Origin: an uncultured Syntrophobacterales bacterium
Lineage (GTDB): Bacteria > Desulfobacterota > Binatia > UBA9968 > JAJDTQ01
DNA: 64,000 nucleotides
Reading direction: 5' to 3'
Assembly: GCA_964630405.1 (NCBI GenBank)
Contig: CAZVUC010000092.1
Location: 7,174-71,173 of the forward strand
In this document: positions 8,386-17,305 of the stretch, one piece after another
Layout: every line of letters begins with the position of its first letter
Position numbering within the stretch: position 1 is the stretch's first letter
Notes under the pieces: model-generated
Databases searched by the model: none
What the model was told of the DNA's origin: nothing
What the model saw: the letters and a program-made list of their open reading frames with translations, nothing else
Program-made: the position numbers and the translations under genes

Positions 8386-11300
8386 TTACCTCGGTACCGC
8401 CAGCAACATGGCATCCAACAGCCGTTTCTCGTCGCTGCCACGAGGATACAGGGCGGAAAGAGCGTTTGATAGACGCAGGAACTCCTGGCCCCGCTCCTGC
8501 TCGGCCTTCAACAAGGCGCGTAGCGCATTGCTACGACCACTGGCTTGGAGCAGCATGCCGGTGTGGACCCGGTCCAAGGTTGTGGCTCCAAGAGCCTTGG
8601 CGTCGTGCCTGTCGGATACGTCGCCATATTGTGCCGCCGGCTCGCTTACCACGAAACTCTTACCTTCCTGTTGGTCGGGGAAAAGCACTCCCTGAAACGA
8701 TTTCGCGGCAGTCGAACCCTCTTGTTCCAACCACCCGGCTACAACCTCTGCCCCCTGCTCTCCGAAAAGTTGCTTTGCCCGCTCAGTGACGGGCAGCAAC
8801 CGGACCACGCCCTTCTTGGTCTCAATGGTGCGTTTCTCCCACTTGGGCAGATCGATGCCAAGGGGCTGCGCAAAGCGGCGCACGACATCGAAAACCAAGG
8901 AGAAGCCTTTGGCCTTGCCGCTAGGTACTTCTTCGCCATCGGAATCATCGGCCGAAGCACCCTCACCGCTTCCGGTATCCTGCTCAGGCGTCTCCCCGCC
9001 CGTGGTTGCCTGGAGCGTCCACAGGAACAGCGCGGTTAGACGTGCGTCTTCTTCCAGTGCGCCGACCAAACCGTTGCGTGCTTGTGCTTCTGTGCTGCCG
9101 AGCACCTGCTCAAGAGCTGCGCGGCCAACAACCTCCCACACTTTCTCCAGGTACTCGGCAAGTTGAACTTCGTGCCCCTCCGCGGTCTCCACTGATCGAT
9201 AGCGGCTGAAAAGCTCTAGTGCTGGACCAACACAAGCAAACACCAAATCGGCGCCACGAATGCCCTCGTTCTGCAACCGCTCCATCCAATCGGCAACACG
9301 GCCGGGAAGTTCGTTCAAAACATCCCCCCAGTCGCCAACCGGCGCGTCATCCAAACGAGGGCGGCATATGAGATGTACGCTTGTCGCGAGGGCCGCGGAG
9401 TCTTGAGCACGCAGGCGAGCGCCCCTTTCCGTCGCAACCGGCCAAGAACCGGTAATTGTCCATCCGCCCCGGATTATGCCGGACAGAAGTGCCTCCCACC
9501 CTTCGGTAGTCTTGTGTGCAAATACGACGGATCCAATCCCATCCTCGTGCAGCACTCGTCGGCCCTCTGCGAAGGCCCTCGCCATGGTTTCCTCGAACCA
9601 CTGACGGTCCTTCGGCACACCGTCGGCCTGTTTGGATTCGTCCTGTACCGCTTCAGCACCCTTGGGTGAGAGTGAGTTCCGCGAATCGAACGGATCCCGC
9701 AACAACGAATGGTTCGGCAAAGCCCGCTTCAGCCACACGAGAAAGAAATCAGATAGGTCAGCATAGGGAACTGCGTCGTAGTAAGGTGGATCAGTAAACC
9801 AGATTGCAGCCGATTTGTGGGGTAGCGGATGGTCTGTGGCGTCGACTTGCTGTACTTGGGCAGTGGTTTGAGAGATATGGCTAATGGTCTCAACAGCGCT
9901 GTAGACGCTAGCGAAACCCGCACCGAATGCACCAGATGAATCCCCCAACGGAATCGGTTCCACGAAATCCCAGGTCATTGGGATGGCCTGACGACCGAAC
10001 GTGCACGTCGTCTTCTCGAAGGTCAAGTGCCACTTGGTTCCTGAACTGCCATAGTCCGCGCGTTTGCCGACCCCACAGGACAACGTGTCAACCAACTGTC
10101 CGTACAGTTCGTCCCCTGAGACCCGCATGGAGGCGATCGCACCAGTCAGTGCTATCAGCGCTAGTTTCTGTCGCGCCGTAAACAGGTCGCTCCACTCTCG
10201 CATACCGTATCGCTGAACGCGAAATCCCAGTGTGCCAATCGGTGGCAATGGTTCATCGGGCACGGGACAAAGGCCTTGTTGGCCGCTGCGTTCCCACGCT
10301 TGAAGCATCCCGGTCAGCACAGTCTGTGCGCGACGCACTGCTACGTAGTCCTTGGCCGTCGGTAAACGATAGTGGCGTCCCTTCTTGCCCGCCTTTACGA
10401 TGACGACCGCTAGTAATCTAGCCCCCGCGACACGTCGACCTTTCTCGTCAAATACTACATCTGCACCTCCTCGCTGCCCGGAAAGTTGAATCGGCACACG
10501 TGGATTATTCTTGGTCCCCGGCAGTACAGTTCCGCAGCATGGACAAATCACGTTGGCGTTGTTTCCCTTCGCCTTCGTCCCCGTGAGTTCAACAAACCCA
10601 GTCTTGCTATTCTCACTACCCTCGCCTCGCGCTATTCGAAAAGCAACCGGCCCACCCTTCGGCTTCTCACTGATCAACATTGCTCGGCAATTCCCGTGAG
10701 CCGTTTCCCTAAAAAACCGCGCTCTTGTCGCCCCCTTCTTGGATAGCCAAGGAGACCTGTAAATCGGAATCTCGGCGCCACAATTCGGAGCTTCGCACTG
10801 AACCGTACGCGCCCACAAATACGCGATCGGAACTCCCCCGTCGTCATCCTTGGGGTAGAGATCTACTAGTTCCCTCTCCGCCTGCCGAATAATCGCTCCG
10901 CCCGCGCTGCGCAGTTCCTCAATGTTCCTAGGTCCGTGGCGCGGTATGTCGTCCAGCATAACCTTGAGAATCAGGCACGCCACCGGGTTTAGATCACTGG
11001 CAAACGCCTCGCAGTCGAGGCGTAGCGCCTCCAAGGGAATCGAACCACCACCCGCAAACGGGTCCACCACAAGAGGGGGCTCATCACCATGCGCCGCCTT
11101 CACTAGGTTCCTCCCAACCCGCAGGTAAGTTGTATTGTCCGCCATATCCCAGTTGGCGAACGAACCGATGAACCAAAGCAATGCCTTGCGCAACTCCTCG
11201 TCGCCCATCGGCGGCTGCCGAACCTCACTGAGGATCTCCCGTGCCTGCTGCTTGAACGGTTCCGGACAGTGCTCGTCGCAAGGGTCCGGCAGTAACAACG

Positions 11301-11544
11301 CCAACAGCACGGCGCGGCTCGAAGCCAACGGCCTTCGCGCCCACCACAGATGCAGCGTCGACGGATGCCCGTGTCGAATCGATTTCTCACGCGCCGCATG
11401 CCGGGATACTTCGGCCACCGGGAAATCAACCTCTGCGAGCCGTTTACATTCCTTGGGGATCATTGAGTTACCATATAAGTTTCGTGCGTCGGTTTCGGCG
11501 CTGTCTATAGCACTACGCGTCAACCGAGTACGCACACTCTTCAT
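8386..11544 (-). CDS. DUF1156-family N6-adenine (or N4-cytosine) DNA methyltransferase of the defence triad
   Basis: N-terminal DUF1156 signature 'VDFPVAEVSRHAAREKSIRHGHPSTLHLWWARRPLASSRAV'. 'DPFAGGGS' SAM-binding motif I. Catalytic motif IV 'DPPYYD'. Cys cluster 'CEAPNCG...ICPCCG' suggests an inserted zinc ribbon. Confidence 0.75.
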   Translation of the reverse strand: MKSVRTRLTRSAIDSAETDARNLYGNSMIPKECKRLAEVDFPVAEVSRHAAREKSIRHGHPSTLHLWWARRPLASSRAVLLALLLPDPCDEHCPEPFKQQAREILSEVRQPPMGDEELRKALLWFIGSFANWDMADNTTYLRVGRNLVKAAHGDEPPLVVDPFAGGGSIPLEALRLDCEAFASDLNPVACLILKVMLDDIPRHGPRNIEELRSAGGAIIRQAERELVDLYPKDDDGGVPIAYLWARTVQCEAPNCGAEIPIYRSPWLSKKGATRARFFRETAHGNCRAMLISEKPKGGPVAFRIARGEGSENSKTGFVELTGTKAKGNNANVICPCCGTVLPGTKNNPRVPIQLSGQRGGADVVFDEKGRRVAGARLLAVVIVKAGKKGRHYRLPTAKDYVAVRRAQTVLTGMLQAWERSGQQGLCPVPDEPLPPIGTLGFRVQRYGMREWSDLFTARQKLALIALTGAIASMRVSGDELYGQLVDTLSCGVGKRADYGSSGTKWHLTFEKTTCTFGRQAIPMTWDFVEPIPLGDSSGAFGAGFASVYSAVETISHISQTTAQVQQVDATDHPLPHKSAAIWFTDPPYYDAVPYADLSDFFLVWLKRALPNHSLLRDPFDSRNSLSPKGAEAVQDESKQADGVPKDRQWFEETMARAFAEGRRVLHEDGIGSVVFAHKTTEGWEALLSGIIRGGWTITGSWPVATERGARLRAQDSAALATSVHLICRPRLDDAPVGDWGDVLNELPGRVADWMERLQNEGIRGADLVFACVGPALELFSRYRSVETAEGHEVQLAEYLEKVWEVVGRAALEQVLGSTEAQARNGLVGALEEDARLTALFLWTLQATTGGETPEQDTGSGEGASADDSDGEEVPSGKAKGFSLVFDVVRRFAQPLGIDLPKWEKRTIETKKGVVRLLPVTERAKQLFGEQGAEVVAGWLEQEGSTAAKSFQGVLFPDQQEGKSFVVSEPAAQYGDVSDRHDAKALGATTLDRVHTGMLLQASGRSNALRALLKAEQERGQEFLRLSNALSALYPRGSDEKRLLDAMLLAVPR

Positions 11545-11557
11545 TGCACTCCTTCAT

Positions 11558-13675
11558 TCACGCCGTCTTACCCCAGCGGTGCTGGACGTACTTGACGGTT
11601 TCGTCGACGGGAAGCGGCCTGGTCCCGTTGCCAGTCCGGAGGTAGAAGACCGCAGATTTCTTCTCATCCACGTAGATCGGATGGTCGCTTCGTTCGACGG
11701 TGATTTGGCAGACTTCGTGACCGTCGATTTCGTGAAAGGTGACAGTCAAGTATGGCGATGATCCCGCACCAAGATCTCGTGCCACGAGGTCTTGAAAGTG
11801 AAGTTCAAAACCATCACGATCTTTCTTGCGCAGTGTGGCATAGTCAGCCTCAATTCCTACCGCCGTTCCAGCATCGTCAACACCGAGAAGAAGAATGCCA
11901 CCGTCACCGTTCAGGAATCCAGCCAACGTCTTGATGACTACTTCTTCAAGTTCCTTGTTGACCCGTTTTTCGCGACGGTCCCAGCGTAAACTCGACTTGA
12001 ACTCCAACGTCTGGCTTTCGCCACCAGACATCAGACCACGGACAGTTTGTTCGTCCGTTCCGTCTGTCGTATCGTCCGGAAGCCAACCTGCTACGAATTC
12101 GTTCATCTCCTCCGCCAACAAACGCCTGCGGGCGCCCAAAAAATCGGTGTAGTTCTCGGGCCGCCAGAGTTCGCGGTCCATCGGCACCGCCTGAGTTCGC
12201 AGTGCGCCGGGCTGGTTCTTCTCAACCTCAGGCAGATATTCAGACGGCGCGGAACGCCGTTCTTTTTTATCCGCCCGTTGCGTGAGAAAGGCTCGGTTGG
12301 CCAATTCGTTGGTCAGCTTGGAATCAACGTCGCCTTGAAGTTCAGCCTTCTTCAGTACGGATGGCGGGAAGATATGATGATTTTCCTGCCCATTGCTCTT
12401 CCCGGTGACCTTGTCGTAGAGCCGGATACCCGTAAACCAATCGCGTGCATCATGGGCGCGAGCGACCACCTGTGCAAGACGCGCCACCGCGGAGGTTATC
12501 CCAGCCCTGGCCAAATCCGAGGCCTCCAAGACGACACGACCCCGTTCGCGAAGGATTGCGGTCTCCAGTTCGTGGGTTGGATCGAGATCCTGTCCGGCAA
12601 CAAGAGCCACGTCCTGCTGAAGCTTGGTCTCCGCCGCACCCGAATAGCGCTGCCAAAGGCCTGCCAGGTAGAGCCAACGGATGAACCGATTCTTGACTAC
12701 GTCGGTCGGGAACCGTCCGTCATGCCGGGCCAAAAATACGGTGGCCGGCACAAGCACGTTGTTGGTGGGTAGCTCCCTAACATTATCGATAAAGGCTTCG
12801 TGGCGCAGCACGTACACCAAGTACTCAAACGCGACTTGCATATCCGTCCATGCGGCCTGCAACGTCGCAGCGGGCGTCCTAAGGAAAGAACCCTCCAATA
12901 GAACCGAACCGGTCGCCACACCGGCCAAGCAACGAACCAAAAAATTGAAATCCATACCGAAGCCGTGGCCCTCCATCTTCGTCTGGAAGTTGCGCAGTTC
13001 CTCCCGGGCTTCGGGCCAGATACTGCAGACGTGTGCGAGGGCGAGATCCGCATTGGTGAGCGGGGTGCCGGCCCTGTTGACCCTGTTGAAGATCTCGACG
13101 ACCTCATCGACGCCGAATTCATCTCCCGACACTTGGTCAACTGTGTAGGTATATCGGCGGACCTGATCAAGGAGGCTCAGGCGCTTCAGATTGTCCTGTA
13201 TGACCCTGCGCCGATCGTCATCGAGTTGGTCCAAACCTTCCAGGAGCTTGTCGAGACCTGCACTCAGGAACTCGTGAAGGCCGATCCATGCGGGATTCTT
13301 CTCCATCAACGACTTCTGCCAAAACCGAAACTCCTCTGTTTGCATGTTGAAGTATAGATCAAAAAAAAGTGCTTCGCCCTCGTAGAACTGAGGTGCCTCT
13401 CCTTTGAACAACACGTAAAGCGTTGTCAAACGCTGTTGTCCGTCGAGCAAAAGCAGCGAGTGACCGTCTTCGGCCGCTGTTCCGCCGCGTACCAACGACG
13501 GCTTGTAGGTCCGCCATATCAGCAAATGGCCGGTAGGATGCCGGCGGTATAAGGACTGCATGAGGCCGCGTACCTGTTCCTTCGTCCACACGTAACCGCG
13601 CTGGAATTCGGGCAACATGATCTCACCACGCCGCACCTGTCTCAGGAGTTCCTCAATCGACCTCACGTCATGCAT
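11558..13675 (-). CDS. GmrSD-like type IV (modification-dependent) restriction nuclease: DUF262 + DUF1524, fused to a C-terminal AlbA_2/Schlafen-like domain
   Basis: DUF262/ParB-like 'LPEFQRGYVW' and 'DGQQRLTTL'. DUF1524 His-Me finger 'GQENHHIFP'. C-terminal 'GESQTLEFKSS...LAGFLNGDGGILLLGVDDAGTAVGIE' is typical of AlbA_2. GAGGTGG Shine-Dalgarno before the ATG. Confidence 0.65.
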   Translation of the reverse strand: MHDVRSIEELLRQVRRGEIMLPEFQRGYVWTKEQVRGLMQSLYRRHPTGHLLIWRTYKPSLVRGGTAAEDGHSLLLLDGQQRLTTLYVLFKGEAPQFYEGEALFFDLYFNMQTEEFRFWQKSLMEKNPAWIGLHEFLSAGLDKLLEGLDQLDDDRRRVIQDNLKRLSLLDQVRRYTYTVDQVSGDEFGVDEVVEIFNRVNRAGTPLTNADLALAHVCSIWPEAREELRNFQTKMEGHGFGMDFNFLVRCLAGVATGSVLLEGSFLRTPAATLQAAWTDMQVAFEYLVYVLRHEAFIDNVRELPTNNVLVPATVFLARHDGRFPTDVVKNRFIRWLYLAGLWQRYSGAAETKLQQDVALVAGQDLDPTHELETAILRERGRVVLEASDLARAGITSAVARLAQVVARAHDARDWFTGIRLYDKVTGKSNGQENHHIFPPSVLKKAELQGDVDSKLTNELANRAFLTQRADKKERRSAPSEYLPEVEKNQPGALRTQAVPMDRELWRPENYTDFLGARRRLLAEEMNEFVAGWLPDDTTDGTDEQTVRGLMSGGESQTLEFKSSLRWDRREKRVNKELEEVVIKTLAGFLNGDGGILLLGVDDAGTAVGIEADYATLRKKDRDGFELHFQDLVARDLGAGSSPYLTVTFHEIDGHEVCQITVERSDHPIYVDEKKSAVFYLRTGNGTRPLPVDETVKYVQHRWGKTA

Positions 13676-13701
13676 GGCGCCACCTCAAAGTGATACCCCT
13701 T

Positions 13702-16700
13702 TCATACGTCACTGTGTTCCTCCATAGCCTTGGTTATGGCGCCCACCTGCAGCCAATAGTGCTGCACCTTCGTAACCTCATGCCACGGGAACCGAGCCGG
13801 GTTCCCAATGGGTTCCTGCAGTTGCGGTTGGTCCGCGCAGTTGGTCACGACGTAGAGCCAATAGCAGTCGGAGCGATCCTCGGCAACGCGGCGTTCGTTT
13901 GGCGTAAGCAGGATGTTGCCGGTGTTACCGGCAAGACCCTTGACCTCGATCAGACGCAACTCGCTTGAGTGCAGATCATGGCTGGTGACATCGTAGCCAA
14001 GGTTCTTCTGGTGGACGTCGTAGACCTGCCGGCCCTGGGCCGTTTCGTACTCCATGACCACCCGCATAGCGGTCATTTCGGTTTCGGGGTTCGGGCGCAG
14101 GCGGCGGACAACTGGTGTTTCACGGTCCGGGTTGGGCAGGACGAGTGCGCTCGCCAACCGCTCGACTCCTTGCAGCGTTACCGCCCGTTGTCTCTCGATT
14201 TCCTCATTGCGGCGTTGGCGTCGGCCCAGCACTTCGGCGTGACGGATTTCGGCTTGTGCCAAACGGCCTTCGGCGCCAGTGACGTCGTTCGCCACCTCTT
14301 CGGCAGCGCGACCGATTTCGTCGTCGATTCGCTGTAGAACCTCGGTCAAAGAGAGCTCTACGTGTTGGGCAATCCGGTCAACCTCCGCGAGCCGCTCAGA
14401 GCGTACCTCGTCGATAAACGGCGTCAGCGCGTGCTCGTTCAGCCAAGCAGTTGCTTCCGGGAGCGAGGCCACGGGCGGCAGAACGCTCGGTACATCGGTG
14501 GGCATTAGATTGCCGAGGAGTTCCATCCCCTGGATTTGAGGTGGCTGTTCGTCTCTCAACTCCACGGCAAAGAGCCTTTCGTGAATCACATGGCCCAACC
14601 CATCGACCACCTTTGCCTTGTAGAAATCGAGACGCGCCGGTTTTTCGTGGTCCAGGGAATGAAAACAGGCGCCCCTGGTGAAGACTTCCGACCCGAGGTC
14701 CAAACTGTTGCGCCGGAGGGCTTCGAACAGGGGGTGCCCCGGGGTCACCCATTCCAGGTTGTTCTGCTCCGCGGTGACGCGGTCTGTTGACAGTCGTGGA
14801 TAGCGAATCGCCAGATCCGGGAGGTTCCAGGAGGACTCGCGCTCATACTTCTTCAACCGCGACGGAGTGCGTCCCGGTTCGAACGTGTGAGCGATGCCGC
14901 TAACCGGTTTCAAGTCCAGCGCCGCGTCCCGAGCAGACTCGTTGATGAACCGCGCTATTGTCTCGGGTACAACCCGCCGTTCCCGCGCCTTGGCTCGTCG
15001 CTCGGTCAACATGTCCAGATTGAGCTTCTTGGAGGCCAGGCCTTCCAACGCCGTTTGACAGATGGCCCGGAAGTGGCCTTCGTCCACGTTCTTCAGGAGC
15101 CGTTCCTCAAGGTCAGCCTCGCCGAGTTTCTCGGCGTAGAAATCCCGCAGCACGGACTCCACGTGGGCCGACGGAAGGATCTCTCCCACGACGTTGAAGA
15201 CGGCATCGTCATCTAGGGCGTCGCGAATCTCCTGGAGCTTGTCCAAGAGGCGTTGGAGTACCCGGCCCTCAATCGTGTTGGTGGCGACGAAGTTGAAGAT
15301 GAGGCAGTCGAAACGCTGGCCGTAGCGATGGATCCGGCCCATCCGCTGCTCGAGCCTGTTGGGGTTCCAGGGAATGTCGTAGTTGAACAGGATGTGACAG
15401 CACTGGAGGTTGATGCCCTCGCCGGCTGCCTCGGTAGCCACCAGGATTTGGATGTGCCCTTCGCGAAACTGCTGTTCGGTGAATAACCGCGTTCCCGGTT
15501 CGTCGCGCGAGCCGGGCTTCATGCCGCCGTGAATGCATCCGACCCGGAAGCCCCACGACTTCAATTGGTCCATCAGGTAGTCGAGAGTGTCCTTGAACTC
15601 TGTGAAGATAAGCAGGCGCTGATCGGGATGATCGAAAAATCCCTGTTCCCTCATGATTTCCCGCAGCCGGCGTAGCTTTGCTTCATTGCCCGCGCCTTGC
15701 ACGGACTTGACTCGTTCAGAGAGTTCTCGGAGCTCACTGATTTCTTGGCGAACCTCATCTGCGTTGCCCGCCAGCGTGAACGCTTCAAGGATCCGCTCCA
15801 GGCGCTCGCGCTCGGCGTCTTCGAGCTCCTCCAGATCCTCCCAGTCAATGTCCGGCGGGGCCGTCCGTATAAGGTGCTCCGCTTTCTTGAGGCCTTCGTC
15901 CAGCCGCCTTGCCCGGTTGTCGAGCGAGCGTCGCATGGCATAGGTGCTGGAGGCGAGGCGTCGCTGATACAGCGACATGAGAAAACCGACCGCACGAGCC
16001 CTGGGGTCATCGCCTTGTGCAGCGGCCCGGGAGCTCTGGCGTTTAACGAATCGTGTGACCTCCCGGTACAGCTCGAACTCGGCGCCATCGGTAGTGAAGT
16101 CCACCGTGCGCGGGATGCGCTTGGTGAAAACCGGCTTGGCATTCCACTTTCCGTCTGCCTCTCGCTCTGGAAAGTAGACCATCGCTTCCTTGGTGCGCCT
16201 CAGGTAGAAGGGCGCTCGCCTCCGCTCCATGGCTTCGCGGATCGATTTGACGTCAGCGTAAGCGTCCCTATCGAGAAGCTGAAGAAACAGCGTAAAGTTC
16301 TGTGCATCGCCCTTGTGGGGTGTAGCGGTCAGTAAGAGTATGTGATCGGCACCGTCACGGAGCAGTTCCCCAAGCCGGTAGCGCAGGCTCTTGTGAGTCT
16401 CGTCTCGGGCCGACATGCGATGCGCCTCGTCCACTATTACAAGGTCCCAGTGCACTTGGCGAAGGCCCGGGAGGATATCCTGGCGCTTGGCCAGGTCGAG
16501 GGAGGTGATAATATGTTTCTGCTCGATCCACTGGTTGACGCCGAACTGGTCGCGGATGTCGCTGCCCTTGAAGACCAGGAACTTCTCGTCGAACTTTTCT
16601 TTTAGCTCGCGCTGCCACTGGAACGTCAGATTTGCTGGACAGACGATGAGAACCCGTTCGATAAGGCCCCGCAGCTTGAGTTCGCGGACCAGCAGGCCCG

Positions 16701-17112
16701 CCATGATGGTCTTGCCGGCGCCGGCATCGTCCGCCAGGAGAAACCGCACGCTGGGGAGTTTAAGGAGGTGTTCGTAGACCGCTTCGAGCTGATGCGGCAA
16801 CGGGTCAACGCGCGAGATAGAGAGTCCGAAGTATGGGTCGAACTCATAGGCTATGCCGAGGGAATAAGCCTGGAGGCCCAGACGCAGAAGGCGGCCATCT
16901 CGGTCGTAGGAAAAGGTGGAATCGGCAATTGTCAGATTGGATATCTGGTCGGCCGTCAGGGTAACCCGTCGGAATTGCTCCGTTTGTTGACCTACGAGGC
17001 CTGCTGTCCAAACGCCGGACCCATTGGGGCGGATGGTTTCCACCCGCATCGGCTCGCCAAAGAGCGGACCTGTGAGGATCTGTCCCTCCTTGATGGGTGC
17101 TTCGTTTGTCAT
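13702..17112 (-). CDS. SNF2/SF2 helicase with C-terminal DUF3883 (restriction-endonuclease-like) domain; first gene of the defence operon
   Basis: Helicase motif I 'DDAGAGKT', motif II 'DEAHR', motif III 'LLTATP', motif VI 'QRMGRIHRYGQ'. C-terminal 'IEVKG...LTPNERRVAEDRSDCYWLYVVTNC' is DUF3883-like. ATG at 17112 has a GGTGGAG Shine-Dalgarno; the raw ORF starts at a GTG at 17118. Confidence 0.75.
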   Translation of the reverse strand: MTNEAPIKEGQILTGPLFGEPMRVETIRPNGSGVWTAGLVGQQTEQFRRVTLTADQISNLTIADSTFSYDRDGRLLRLGLQAYSLGIAYEFDPYFGLSISRVDPLPHQLEAVYEHLLKLPSVRFLLADDAGAGKTIMAGLLVRELKLRGLIERVLIVCPANLTFQWQRELKEKFDEKFLVFKGSDIRDQFGVNQWIEQKHIITSLDLAKRQDILPGLRQVHWDLVIVDEAHRMSARDETHKSLRYRLGELLRDGADHILLLTATPHKGDAQNFTLFLQLLDRDAYADVKSIREAMERRRAPFYLRRTKEAMVYFPEREADGKWNAKPVFTKRIPRTVDFTTDGAEFELYREVTRFVKRQSSRAAAQGDDPRARAVGFLMSLYQRRLASSTYAMRRSLDNRARRLDEGLKKAEHLIRTAPPDIDWEDLEELEDAERERLERILEAFTLAGNADEVRQEISELRELSERVKSVQGAGNEAKLRRLREIMREQGFFDHPDQRLLIFTEFKDTLDYLMDQLKSWGFRVGCIHGGMKPGSRDEPGTRLFTEQQFREGHIQILVATEAAGEGINLQCCHILFNYDIPWNPNRLEQRMGRIHRYGQRFDCLIFNFVATNTIEGRVLQRLLDKLQEIRDALDDDAVFNVVGEILPSAHVESVLRDFYAEKLGEADLEERLLKNVDEGHFRAICQTALEGLASKKLNLDMLTERRAKARERRVVPETIARFINESARDAALDLKPVSGIAHTFEPGRTPSRLKKYERESSWNLPDLAIRYPRLSTDRVTAEQNNLEWVTPGHPLFEALRRNSLDLGSEVFTRGACFHSLDHEKPARLDFYKAKVVDGLGHVIHERLFAVELRDEQPPQIQGMELLGNLMPTDVPSVLPPVASLPEATAWLNEHALTPFIDEVRSERLAEVDRIAQHVELSLTEVLQRIDDEIGRAAEEVANDVTGAEGRLAQAEIRHAEVLGRRQRRNEEIERQRAVTLQGVERLASALVLPNPDRETPVVRRLRPNPETEMTAMRVVMEYETAQGRQVYDVHQKNLGYDVTSHDLHSSELRLIEVKGLAGNTGNILLTPNERRVAEDRSDCYWLYVVTNCADQPQLQEPIGNPARFPWHEVTKVQHYWLQVGAITKAMEEHSDV

Positions 17113-17305
17113 CTCCACCTACTCACCTGATGTACGAAGGATTTTGTTAAGTTTCTGTGGTTCGCTGTCTATGACATTGCCAAGGAAACCGCAAACGTAC
17201 GGCGGCATTGCGGCAGGCAAAGACGGTTGGAATTTGCCGTCAAAGATTGTTAGGTTAGCTTGAAAATCAAGCTATTCCAGTCCCGCCAGCGCAGGAGGTT
17301 TTGCC

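Noticed and set aside
4918-17112. Calling the island a canonical BREX or DISARM system
   Set aside because: No PglZ, BrxA/B, DrmB (DUF1998) or PLD genes are present. Only the DUF499 ATPase is BREX-like, so it is described as a separate helicase-methylase-ATPase cassette.
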